Assembly (NCBI GenBank): GCA_963767005.1
Contig: CAVYCN010000003.1
Location: 384,001 to 448,000 of the forward strand
Direction: 5' to 3'
DNA: 64,000 nt
Source of the DNA: an uncultured Actinomycetes bacterium
Lineage (GTDB): Bacteria > Actinomycetota > Thermoleophilia > UBA2241
The stretch's first letter is position 1; every line of letters begins with the position of its first letter. The notes beneath the pieces were generated by a model that worked only from the letters and a program-made list of their open reading frames with translations, had not been told where the DNA came from and did no database searches. Shown here piece by piece: positions 8,864 through 20,306 of this stretch. The translations under genes and the position numbers were made by a program.

Positions 8864-9457
8864 TCAGGCGCCCAGGTTGCGCGCCGCGAAGTCCCAGTCG
8901 ACGAGACTGTCGCAGAAGGCCTGAACGAAGTCGGGCCGGCGGTTCTGGAAGTCGAGGTAGTAGGCGTGCTCCCACACGTCGCAGGTGAGGAGCGGCTTGA
9001 CCGGCGGCACCGGCATCTCGGCGTTGGGGGTCGTCACGATCTTCAGGGCGCCGGCGTCGTCGACGAGCCACGCCCAGCCGCTGCCGAAGCGCCCCACGGC
9101 GGCCACCTTGAACTGCTCGACGAAGGCGGCGAGGCCGCCGAACGTCGCGTCGATGCGCTCCGCCAGCGCGCCGCTGGGGGCGCCGCCGCCGCCCGGCTTC
9201 ATCGAGCTCCAGAAGAAGGTGTGGTTCCAGACCTGGGCCGCGTTGTTGAAGACGCCGGCCTTGCCGGGGTCGCCGGCGACCGCCGCGATCACCTCCTCGA
9301 GGGTCTGACCCTCGAGATCGGTGCCGGCGACCAGCTTGTTCAGGTTGTCGACGTAGGCGCGATGGTGCTTGCCGTAGTGAAAGCCGATCGTACGCGCCGA
9401 AGTGACCGGTTCGAGCGCGTCCTCGGGCCACGGCAGGGGCGGCAGTTCGAAAGCCAT
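8864..9457 (-). CDS. sodB: Fe/Mn superoxide dismutase (Fe-type signature)
   Basis: FHYGKHH, NNAAQVWNHTFFW, FGSGWAWL, DVWEHAYYLD; AAQ pattern typical of Fe-SOD. Confidence 0.95.
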   Translation of the reverse strand: MAFELPPLPWPEDALEPVTSARTIGFHYGKHHRAYVDNLNKLVAGTDLEGQTLEEVIAAVAGDPGKAGVFNNAAQVWNHTFFWSSMKPGGGGAPSGALAERIDATFGGLAAFVEQFKVAAVGRFGSGWAWLVDDAGALKIVTTPNAEMPVPPVKPLLTCDVWEHAYYLDFQNRRPDFVQAFCDSLVDWDFAARNLGA

Positions 9458-9549
9458 GAGTTCCCTCCTTGTCGTTCTCAGTTGGTCGTAAGCGGATCCG
9501 GCCCGAACGACACGCCGGCCTGAGCGCCGACGACGCCGCCGTTCGGCGC

Positions 9550-9936
9550 CTAGACGTCGACTTCGACGGCGCCGTCGATCACGCGCACCGGCCAGGTGGC
9601 GAGGCCTTCGACGCGGATCTTGCGCTGCAGGCGGTCCTCGACCGCGAGCGGGCGTCGCACCGCCGCCGGCAGGGGCTCGTCACCGAAGTCGCGGTCGAGC
9701 GGGTAGGCGAGCACCGAGCCGTCGCGCACGTCGAACTGCGCGTAGTGCAGCGGGCACGTCAGCACGTGACCGGCGAGCGAGCCCTGGTCGAGCGGGGCGT
9801 TCATGTGGCCGCAGCGGCGGGCGACCGCGTGGAACGTGCCGTCGCAGTTGGCGAGGGTGGCCTGCACACCGCCGAGCTTGACGAACTTGAGGCCGCCGAC
9901 GGCGACATCGGCGGCACGGGCGACCTCAGTCCACAC
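9550..9936 (-). CDS. Rieske [2Fe-2S] ferredoxin with C-terminal insertion
   Basis: CGH...CPLH Rieske motif. Confidence 0.88.
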   Translation of the reverse strand: MWTEVARAADVAVGGLKFVKLGGVQATLANCDGTFHAVARRCGHMNAPLDQGSLAGHVLTCPLHYAQFDVRDGSVLAYPLDRDFGDEPLPAAVRRPLAVEDRLQRKIRVEGLATWPVRVIDGAVEVDV

Positions 9937-9942
9937 CGCCGC

Positions 9943-10281
9943 TCACCCCTCGAGGCCGAGCTCGCTCGCAGGGATCTGCGGCAGCGAGCTCGGGTCGTCG
10001 ACGTCGACGTGCACGAACAGGCCGCACCAGCAGCGCCGCATGGCGTCGAAGTGGGCCCGGTGGTACGGGATACAGGGACAGACGATGCGCATGTCGTGGT
10101 CGCGCCGGCGCGTGCGACCCTGGCACGGGCAGTAGGGCGCGCCCTTGTTCTCCTCGAGCACGGCCTCCTGCTCGAGCAGAAAGTCGGCGAGCTCGGTGTC
10201 GGGCGTGAACTTGTAGCCGAGCGCCGCGACGAGCGGCGTGAAGAACCCGCGCAGGGCGGTCACGCGGGCGTCGTGGGTCAT
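9943..10281 (-). CDS. Ferredoxin-thioredoxin reductase catalytic subunit-like protein
   Basis: PYCPC...IVCPC...CWCGLF motif of FTR catalytic chains. Confidence 0.92.
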   Translation of the reverse strand: MTHDARVTALRGFFTPLVAALGYKFTPDTELADFLLEQEAVLEENKGAPYCPCQGRTRRRDHDMRIVCPCIPYHRAHFDAMRRCWCGLFVHVDVDDPSSLPQIPASELGLEG

Positions 10282-10538
10282 CAGGAGGCGTCCTTCAGGA
10301 GCTGGTCGTAGCGCTCCGGCGCGTAGCCGACGACCACCTCGGCGCCGATCTTCACCACCGGATAGGCGCGCGACCCCGACAGGTCGAACGCCTCGTCGGC
10401 CAGGCGGTCGCTCTCGTCGTCGGGCAGCAGATCGACATCGACCGCCTCGAAGGCGACGCCGCTGTCCTCAAAGTACTGCTTGGCCTTGCGGCACCAGGGG
10501 CACGTGCTCAGGGCGTAGACGAAGACGCCGTCGTTCAC
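10281..10538 (-). CDS. Glutaredoxin/NrdH-like redoxin
   Basis: YALSTCPWCRKAK...YPVVKIG...VVGY; GTG start after GAGG; TGATG overlap with the FTR gene. Confidence 0.9.
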   Translation of the reverse strand: MNDGVFVYALSTCPWCRKAKQYFEDSGVAFEAVDVDLLPDDESDRLADEAFDLSGSRAYPVVKIGAEVVVGYAPERYDQLLKDAS

Positions 10539-10542
10539 GGTC

Positions 10543-10863
10543 TCACACCTCGCTTGGAAGCTCGACGAAGACCTCGCCGCCGGCGAGGCGCACAGGGTAG
10601 GTCGGGATGGCGATCTCGGGGGCCTCGATGAACGCCCCCGTGCGCAGGTCGAAGCGCCAGTCGTGGCACGGGCAGGTGAGGACGAACCCCTCGCAGCCGC
10701 CGGCTTCGAGCGGGCAGGCCATGTGAGCGCAGCGGTTGGCCACCGCGAAGACCCCGCCGTCGACCTTGGCGAGCAGCAGACCCAGCCCGCGCGGGTAGAC
10801 GGCGAGCAGCCCACCCTCGCGTAGCGCGGCCTCGTCGGCCACCTTGATCCAGCTGTCGGCCAC
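10543..10863 (-). CDS. Rieske [2Fe-2S] ferredoxin
   Basis: NRCAH...CPCHDWRFDLRTG. Confidence 0.9.
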   Translation of the reverse strand: MADSWIKVADEAALREGGLLAVYPRGLGLLLAKVDGGVFAVANRCAHMACPLEAGGCEGFVLTCPCHDWRFDLRTGAFIEAPEIAIPTYPVRLAGGEVFVELPSEV

Positions 10864-11027
10864 TGCCCTCCCGGTCTTATTCGAGCACGCCGATGGCGCC
10901 CTCGATCGTGCACGACCTTACCATGCGAAAACGGGGGTCCGCGCCGTTCGCCGCCGCCCGGATGCCGGCTCGCCACCGCGGCCGGCGCGCACAGCGGCAC
11001 GGCGCGCTCGAACGCCGCTCGCCGCGC

Positions 11028-11531
11028 CTACCAGCACTCGCGGTGCACGTGCTCGGCGCGGTAGCGGTCGGCCGGCCGCTTGCCTTCGGCCGGCCGGCCG
11101 ACGGCGACCACGGCGAACGGGGTGACCCCGTCGGGCACGCCGAGCAGGGCGCGCAGGCCGGCGACTCGTTCCTCGAGCGGATGCACGCCGAGCCAGACGG
11201 CGCCCAGGCCGATCGTCTCGGCCTCGACCAGCAGGTTCTCGACGGCCGCCGCGCAGTCCTGCTCCCAGAACCGCGGCCAGCGCAGCCCTTCGGTGGCGCC
11301 GCACACCACGATGGCGAGGGGCGCCCGCTCGAGCATGCTCGCGTACGGGTGGAACGTGGTGACGGCACGCAGGGTGGCCGGGTCGGTGACGAGGACGAAG
11401 CGCCAGGGCTGCTGGTTGCCGGCCGAGGGCGCGGCCATGGCGGCTCGCAGGAGCCGCTCGACCTGATCGTCGGGCACCGCGTCGCCGGTGTAGGCGCGGA
11501 TGCTGCGACGGGTCAGGATGGGGTCGTCCAC
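11028..11531 (-). CDS. Nitroreductase family protein
   Basis: ILTRRSIRAY, AAPSAGNQQPWRF, QDCAAAVENLL, GLGAVWLG; GTG start after GAGGAGG. Confidence 0.93.
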   Translation of the reverse strand: MDDPILTRRSIRAYTGDAVPDDQVERLLRAAMAAPSAGNQQPWRFVLVTDPATLRAVTTFHPYASMLERAPLAIVVCGATEGLRWPRFWEQDCAAAVENLLVEAETIGLGAVWLGVHPLEERVAGLRALLGVPDGVTPFAVVAVGRPAEGKRPADRYRAEHVHRECW

Positions 11532-11655
11532 GGGACTGCCTCCTCGGCTGGCCGGCTCTGCTTTGTAGCAGCGCATCGTATCAGCTCGCTTCGGCCGGCA
11601 GTGCCGACGAACGACTCGCCGTCGCTCAGGCGGCGTGACTTCGGCGCGCGCCTAG

Positions 11656-14421
<2,766 letters not shown>

Positions 14422-14600
14422 ACCAGCTCGTCGACCGACCCCGCCGTCGCCGCTCAAGGCCGGCACGGCGCCGTCGCGTGCGCCGCGGTCACAGCCGTTC
14501 CACAGCGCTCTCCATCCACTCTCTCATCGAACGCGCCCACAATCGCGCGTGTGAGAGCCCACGCCCTCACCGTTCGTGCAGCAACGAGGAGGCATCGCGC

Positions 14601-15170
14601 ATGAGCCGCAAGACCGTCACCTGGATCGCCGTCGGAGCGCTCGCGGTCGCCGCGGTGATCGTCGCCGCCATCGTCGCCTACCATGTCGGCGCCAACCACA
14701 GCTCCGGTCGCGTCGCCGTGGGCCCGTTCCGCCGCTCGCTCGGCACGCCGGTGCTCCTGCGGACCACCCGCTCGTTCCCGACCGCCGAGGCCCTCGTGCT
14801 GCTACTGATCGGCGGCGGCGTCGGCGTCGCGATCGCCGTGCTCGCCCGGCCCGGCGGCGCGCTTGCCGGCCACCCGGCGCCGACCCCGCCGGTCGACCCG
14901 CGCTGGCGCGAGCTCGACGACTGGCACCGCTGGGCCCACGGATCGCCGGTCCCGCCCGCGAACGACCAGAGCGCGCCGCCGGCCGCCGCGGCGACGCCCG
15001 CCGCGGCCGCTCCGCCCGCTCCACCGGCGCCCTCAGCCGTGCCGCAGACCGAGCCGACCGCGCCGCCCGCCGAGCCGACCGCGCCGCCGGCTCCTTCGGC
15101 ACCGCCCGCCAACCCTGCCGCCGGGGCCGAGGGGTCGACACCGCCGGCCCCGCCCACCGAGCCGGCCTGA
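14601..15170 (+). CDS. Hypothetical two-TM protein with Pro/Ala-rich tail
   Basis: GAGGAGG SD; two hydrophobic segments; LDDWHRWAH motif; PTAPPAE repeats. Confidence 0.75.
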   Translation: MSRKTVTWIAVGALAVAAVIVAAIVAYHVGANHSSGRVAVGPFRRSLGTPVLLRTTRSFPTAEALVLLLIGGGVGVAIAVLARPGGALAGHPAPTPPVDPRWRELDDWHRWAHGSPVPPANDQSAPPAAAATPAAAAPPAPPAPSAVPQTEPTAPPAEPTAPPAPSAPPANPAAGAEGSTPPAPPTEPA

Positions 15171-15200
15171 GGTGGTCGATCACGCGGATCGCCGGCGATC

Positions 15201-15217
15201 TCTCAGCACATTCTCAG
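15201..15217 (+). promoter_or_regulatory. OmpR/MprA-type direct-repeat box
   Basis: TCTCAG-CACAT-TCTCAG upstream of the 15294 gene. Confidence 0.5.
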
Positions 15218-15293
15218 CCTGGTTCACACGCCGTTCCTGCACGGCGGGAACGATCGTCACGATCGGCTCGTCGGTCGGACACCGGAGGACATC

Positions 15294-15614
15294 ATGCGTA
15301 GCGATCCGCACCCAACGCGCGGGCATCGGCTCCCGCTGGCCCTGGCAGGCCTCGCCGCGCTGGCCGTCGCCGCGGGGCTTGCGCTGCGCGCCGGCGTCGC
15401 TTTCGGCGCCACGCACGCCGCGCTCGGCGACCCGCTCGACGGCGGGTTCACCACGGGCCACGGCCTCTCGCCCACGATCGCCCTCATCGTCGTCCTCGCC
15501 CTGGCAGCTGCCGGCCTGGTGAGCGCGACGGCCTGGTACCTGTCCCACGGGCGTCGCGCAGCGGCGCGCGTGACCGTGCGTGACGCACGCGGCGCACGCG
15601 ACCCGCGCGCCTGA
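15294..15614 (+). CDS. Hypothetical small membrane protein
   Basis: GGAGG SD; two hydrophobic helices. Confidence 0.65.
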   Translation: MRSDPHPTRGHRLPLALAGLAALAVAAGLALRAGVAFGATHAALGDPLDGGFTTGHGLSPTIALIVVLALAAAGLVSATAWYLSHGRRAAARVTVRDARGARDPRA

Positions 15615-15740
15615 CCCGTCGGACGGCGCCTGCGCACACCAAAGTCGCCGGCGCCGTTCCCTGGCCGGTCGGCCGCGCAACGGCCGGTAGTACACTGGCG
15701 ACGACCACGGGGGCACCAACGAGGCGAGGAAGGATCCGAC

Positions 15741-16601
15741 GTGGGTCGCGCCCGGCACCTCTCGATCGGCAGGTTCGCGGGACTGACCGGCATCTCGGCC
15801 AACACGCTGCGCCGCTACGACGAGTGTGGCCTGCTCTCGCCCGCCTTCACCGACCCGCTCACCGGCTACCGCCTGTACTCGATCGAGCAGCTCGACACGG
15901 GGATCGCCATCAGGCTGCTGCGCGACCTCGACGTGCCGCTCGACGACCTGCGCGGGCTGCTGTCGGGCGACCACCCCGACGACGTCCGCGCCCTCCTCGC
16001 CCACCACCGCGAGCGCATCGTCGAGCGGCGTGCCGACCTCGAGCACATCCTGGCCCGCATCGACGCCGTGCTCCACGAGGACCACGGACTGCTGCCCTAC
16101 GAGCTCGAGATCGTCGACCTGGCGCCCGCGTGGGTGGTCAGCCGCCGCCTCACCACGCCCCGGGCCGGCCTCGACCCGGCGATCGAACGCGCCCTGGCGG
16201 AGCTCGAGGATGAGCTCGCGGCCGGCGGCCTGAAGGCCGCCGGCCGCGAGCTCATCCTCTACGCCAACCCCCTGCAGTGGTACCAGGGCCTCGATGTCGA
16301 GGTGTGCCTGCCCGTCGCCGAGCCGGCGGCCGCGACCTGCGGCGCGCGGCAGCTCGCCGGCGGCCGCGCGGCGCGTGCCCTCTACCGCGGGCCGTGGGAC
16401 GACATCTGGCAGGCCTACGCGGCGCTGCTCGCGCAGATCGCGCGGCGCGGCCTCGACGTGTGTGGCCCGGTGCGCGAGTCGTACCTGGTCGACGAGCGCG
16501 ACACCGACGATCCGGCGCTCTACCTGACCGAGATCGCCTGGCCGGTGCGGCCCCGGGCGGCCGCCGATGCGGCGGCCGCCGCATCGTCCGCGCCACCGTG
16601 A
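15741..16601 (+). CDS. MerR-family regulator with GyrI-like effector domain (BmrR type)
   Basis: LSIGRFAGLTGISANTLRRYD...DPLTGYRLYS; C-terminal YRGPWDDI...GPVRESYL...TEIAWPV. Confidence 0.93.
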   Translation: MGRARHLSIGRFAGLTGISANTLRRYDECGLLSPAFTDPLTGYRLYSIEQLDTGIAIRLLRDLDVPLDDLRGLLSGDHPDDVRALLAHHRERIVERRADLEHILARIDAVLHEDHGLLPYELEIVDLAPAWVVSRRLTTPRAGLDPAIERALAELEDELAAGGLKAAGRELILYANPLQWYQGLDVEVCLPVAEPAAATCGARQLAGGRAARALYRGPWDDIWQAYAALLAQIARRGLDVCGPVRESYLVDERDTDDPALYLTEIAWPVRPRAAADAAAAASSAPP

Positions 16602-16603
16602 CC

Positions 16604-16634
16604 TTGACCCTATCGCTGGGCTAAGGTTGACACT
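16604..16634 (+). promoter_or_regulatory. MerR-type promoter/operator for the amidase operon
   Basis: TTGACC-N19-GACACT with imperfect dyad ACCCTATCGCTGGGCTAAGGT spanning the spacer. Confidence 0.7.
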
Positions 16635-16743
16635 GTCGCCGTCGGGGGCAGGAGCGACCGGCATGCCGGTCGAGGGTCTCGCGGTCCCGACGGTCCGATC
16701 AGGCCGACGGACGGCGTGCGCGCCGCCCGCACGAGGGGGGCAC

Positions 16744-18195
16744 ATGACGGAGACAGACCTGCACGCGCACACCGACCTGCGCGCGCGATCCGACCTGCAC
16801 TACCTGACGGCCACCGGCGCGCTCGCGGCTTTTGCGGCCCGCACGCTCTCGCCGGTCGAGCTCATGGAGGCGACGATCGCCCGCGTCGAGGACGTCGACG
16901 GCGTCGTGAACGCGCTGCCCATCCGCTTGTTCGACGAAGCCCTCGTCGCGGCCCGCGCGGCAGAGGAGCGCTACGCCGGCCGGCACGGCGGCCCGCGCCC
17001 GCTCGAGGGCCTGCCGATCGCGGTCAAGGACGAGGTCGAGGTGGCCGGCCAGCCCTGCACCGCCGGCTCGCTCGTCTTCAAGGACGAGGTGCCCGACGTG
17101 ACCGCCGCCAGCGTGCAGCGCGTGATCGACGCCGGCGCTATCATCCACGCACGCTCGGCCACCCCGGAGTTCTGCTGCGCCGCCGTGACCGAGTCGCGCC
17201 TCTGGGGCATCACGCGCAACCCCTGGAACCCGGACTACAGCCCCGGCGGCTCGTCGGGCGGCTCCGGCGCCGCGCTTGCGGCCGGCATGGCGAGCCTCGC
17301 CACCGGCTCCGACATCGGCGGCTCGATCCGCATCCCCGCGGCGTTCTGCGGCGTCGTGGGCTTCAAGCCGCCATACGGCCGGATCCCGCAGATGCCGCCC
17401 TTCAACCTCGACACCTACTGTCACGAAGGGCCGATGGCGCGCACCGTCGAGGACTGCCGCCTGCTCGAGAACGTCATGGCCGGGCCACACCCCGAGGACA
17501 TCGTCTCGCTGCGCCCCAAGCTGACCATCCCCGCCGAGCTGCCGCCCGTGTCGGGGCTGAAGATCGCCTGCAGCATCGACCTCGGTGGCTTCGACGTCGG
17601 CGCCGAGGTCGTCGCCGCCGTGCGCGCGGCGGCCGAGACGTTCCGCTCGCTGGGCGCGACCGTCGACGACGTCACGCCGGGCTGGTCGCTCGACGACATG
17701 CGCGAGGGCGCCCGCGCCCACCTGGGCGCGATCTTCGGTAGCTGGATCGGCGAGGTCGTCGCCGAGTACCGCGACCTGCTGACCGACTACGCGCTCGCCT
17801 TCGCCGACGACGCGGTCAACCGGCCGACCGTCTCGTGGCTGCGCTCGCTCGAGATCGAGGGCGACGCCTACGACCACCTGGCGCCCATCCTGGAGACCCA
17901 CGATCTGCTGATCTGCCCGACGTTCGTCGAGCCGGCGCTCAGGGCGGGCGTGCCCCACGGCGTCGATGACCTCTTCACCGAGTCGCTGACGTTCCCGTTC
18001 AACATGCTGAGCCGCTGCCCGGTGCTGGTCGTGCCGGCCGGGCGCGCGGCCAACGACGTGCCGATCGGCCTGCAGATCGTGGGCCGCACCTACGACGACA
18101 CCACCGTGTTCGCCGCGGCGGCCGCCTTCGAGCGGGCTCACCCCTGGTACGAGACGATCGCGGACCGGCCCGAGTGGCCGAGGAGGACGTCATGA
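16744..18195 (+). CDS. Amidase (amidase-signature family)
   Basis: GLPIAVKD, PGGSSGGS, GSDIGGSIRIPA, PIGLQIVG. Confidence 0.93.
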   Translation: MTETDLHAHTDLRARSDLHYLTATGALAAFAARTLSPVELMEATIARVEDVDGVVNALPIRLFDEALVAARAAEERYAGRHGGPRPLEGLPIAVKDEVEVAGQPCTAGSLVFKDEVPDVTAASVQRVIDAGAIIHARSATPEFCCAAVTESRLWGITRNPWNPDYSPGGSSGGSGAALAAGMASLATGSDIGGSIRIPAAFCGVVGFKPPYGRIPQMPPFNLDTYCHEGPMARTVEDCRLLENVMAGPHPEDIVSLRPKLTIPAELPPVSGLKIACSIDLGGFDVGAEVVAAVRAAAETFRSLGATVDDVTPGWSLDDMREGARAHLGAIFGSWIGEVVAEYRDLLTDYALAFADDAVNRPTVSWLRSLEIEGDAYDHLAPILETHDLLICPTFVEPALRAGVPHGVDDLFTESLTFPFNMLSRCPVLVVPAGRAANDVPIGLQIVGRTYDDTTVFAAAAAFERAHPWYETIADRPEWPRRTS

Positions 18196-20039
18196 AACGC
18201 ATGCCCACCACCCGCCGGCTCCTGCTCACCGTCGCCCTGCTGCTCGCGGCCGGCCTGGTCTGGGGCCTCGCCGGCGCCCTGGCGTCGAGCTCGTCGCCCT
18301 CGCCCGCATCGCACAAGGTGGTCCTTCGCCTGGGCTGGATCGCGGAGCCTGACAACCTGAACCCGTTCGTCGGCTGGGCCACCACGACCTACGAGATCTG
18401 GACCGTGAACTACAACTTCCTGTTCGGCTTCGACAGCCAGAGCATGAAGCCGACACTCAGCCTCGCCGCGCAGTTCCCGACCAAGGCCAACGGCGGCATC
18501 TCGGCCGACGGCAAGGTCTGGACGATCCACATCCGCCCCAACGTCAAGTGGTCCGACGGCCAGCCCCTCACGGCGGCCGACGTCGCCTTCACCTACAACT
18601 ACATCGTCAAGAACCACATGGCCAACATGGCGCTCACGACGACGGGCATCGCGAGCGCCAAGGAGATCGACCCGACCACCGTGCAGATCGTCTGCTCGGA
18701 GCCCAAGGCCAACATGGAGGCGATCTTCCTGCCGATCCTGCCCAAGCACGTCTGGGAGCACGTGTCGCCGCAGGCGGCCGGCACCACCTACTCCGAGATG
18801 CCGATCGTCGGCAGCGGTCCCTTCTACACCGTAGCCTTCAAGAAGGGCTCCTACGTCGAGATGAAGCGCAACCCCTACTACTGGGGCACCCGGCCGACCG
18901 TCGACGAGATCTACTTCGAGATGTACCAGGACCCCGCCACCATGGTGCAGGACCTGAAGTCGGGCGCGATCGACGGCGCCTGGGGCATCCCGGAGGCGCA
19001 GTTCAAGCAGCTCCAGGCCGGGTCCCCGAGCACGTCGGGCATCCACACGCTCGCCTACAACTTCTTCAACTGGGACTACCTCGACTGCAACTGCTCGACG
19101 TCGTCCGCCTCGACCGGCAACCCAGTGCTGCGTGACGCGCGGTTCCGCCAGGCCCTGAACTACGCGATCGACCGCAGCAAGCTCTGCGCCGTCGCCTACG
19201 ACGGCCTGGCCGCGCCGGCCACGACCATCATGCCGCCCGACACGTGGTCCGACCCCGACTACCACTGGCAGCCGCCGGCCGACCAGGCCTACACCTTCGA
19301 CCAAGCCAAGGCGAACCAGCTGCTCGACGCCGCCGGCTACAAACGCGGCGCGAACGGTCTGCGGCTCTACAAGGGCAAGCCGATCGTCCTGCGCCTGGCC
19401 ACGACGACCGACTTCCCCGAGGGCCAGACCGAGGCCAAGCTCATCGCCGGCTGGTTCGACAAGCTCGGCCTCAAGGCCAACATCTCGGTGCTCGACACCG
19501 GCGCCCTGCTGGCCCGCGTGTTCAACTTCAAGGGCGCCACGTTCGCGCCCGACTTCGACTTCTACCTCTCCGACTGGGCCGGCTACGGCGATCCCGGCGA
19601 GACCCTCACGTCGTTCACGGCGGCCGAGATCGGCGCCACCAACGAGCCGGCCTGGTCCGACCCGGCGTTCGACAAGCTGAACGCGCAACAGTCGGCCGCG
19701 CTCGACCCGACCACGCGTCAGCAGCTCATCTGGCGGATGCAGCAGATCTTCTACCAGCAGTCGCCGCAGATCGTGCTCGTCTACCCCGAGTACCTCGAGG
19801 CCTACAACACGTCGCGCTGGACCGGCTGGACGCCGATGTTCCACGGCCGCGGTCCGGCCTGGATGACGACCGCGACCACCGAGTCGTACGTCAACCTCAA
19901 GCCGGTCACGGGCAAGGCCGGTAGCAGCGGGAGCGGCACCAGGACGATCCTCATCGTCGTGGTGGCCGCCGTCGTCGTCGCCATCCTGGCGATCGTCGCC
20001 CTGACGCGCCGTCGCCGCACCCAGGAGGTCGAGGCCTGA
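18192..20039 (+). CDS. ABC transporter solute-binding protein, family 5, with C-terminal TM anchor
   Basis: SADGKVWTIHIRPNVKWSDGQPLTAADVAFTY, GSGPF, RQALNYAIDR; C-terminal hydrophobic helix plus RRRR. Confidence 0.92.
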   Translation: MKRMPTTRRLLLTVALLLAAGLVWGLAGALASSSSPSPASHKVVLRLGWIAEPDNLNPFVGWATTTYEIWTVNYNFLFGFDSQSMKPTLSLAAQFPTKANGGISADGKVWTIHIRPNVKWSDGQPLTAADVAFTYNYIVKNHMANMALTTTGIASAKEIDPTTVQIVCSEPKANMEAIFLPILPKHVWEHVSPQAAGTTYSEMPIVGSGPFYTVAFKKGSYVEMKRNPYYWGTRPTVDEIYFEMYQDPATMVQDLKSGAIDGAWGIPEAQFKQLQAGSPSTSGIHTLAYNFFNWDYLDCNCSTSSASTGNPVLRDARFRQALNYAIDRSKLCAVAYDGLAAPATTIMPPDTWSDPDYHWQPPADQAYTFDQAKANQLLDAAGYKRGANGLRLYKGKPIVLRLATTTDFPEGQTEAKLIAGWFDKLGLKANISVLDTGALLARVFNFKGATFAPDFDFYLSDWAGYGDPGETLTSFTAAEIGATNEPAWSDPAFDKLNAQQSAALDPTTRQQLIWRMQQIFYQQSPQIVLVYPEYLEAYNTSRWTGWTPMFHGRGPAWMTTATTESYVNLKPVTGKAGSSGSGTRTILIVVVAAVVVAILAIVALTRRRRTQEVEA

Positions 20040-20306
20040 TCGTCTGACGGCCTGACCCGGGCGGAAAGCCGCGGCGCGGGGCCGGCGCCTGGTGGCGCCG
20101 GCCCCGCGCCGCGCCCGTTTCGGCCTGCCTTCTCGCCGGACGGCGCGACAGGGGCGTGCGTCACGGGAGCGGCCCCGCCTCCCTTCCCTCGCCCCCGGCG
20201 GCGCGCGTAGACTGCGGGGCGACAGTCCGACGCGCCCGCCGCCGGCGTGCCCCCGCTCCGACAGCACGCCGCCGGTACCCGCGTCTTCGACCCGCAAGGA
20301 GGCTAC

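Noticed and set aside
9550-10863. Selenocysteine recoding in the redox cluster
   Set aside because: All redox motifs use Cys codons, and the TGA codons lie at normal termini.
14975-15170. Repetitive GC-rich DNA as a CRISPR array or DNA repeat element
   Set aside because: It encodes Pro/Ala linker repeats; there is no repeat-spacer periodicity and no cas genes.
20214-20306. Nested hairpin in the purD leader as a regulatory RNA
   Set aside because: Short GC stems are expected at this composition, and no shared motif with other pur leaders was seen.
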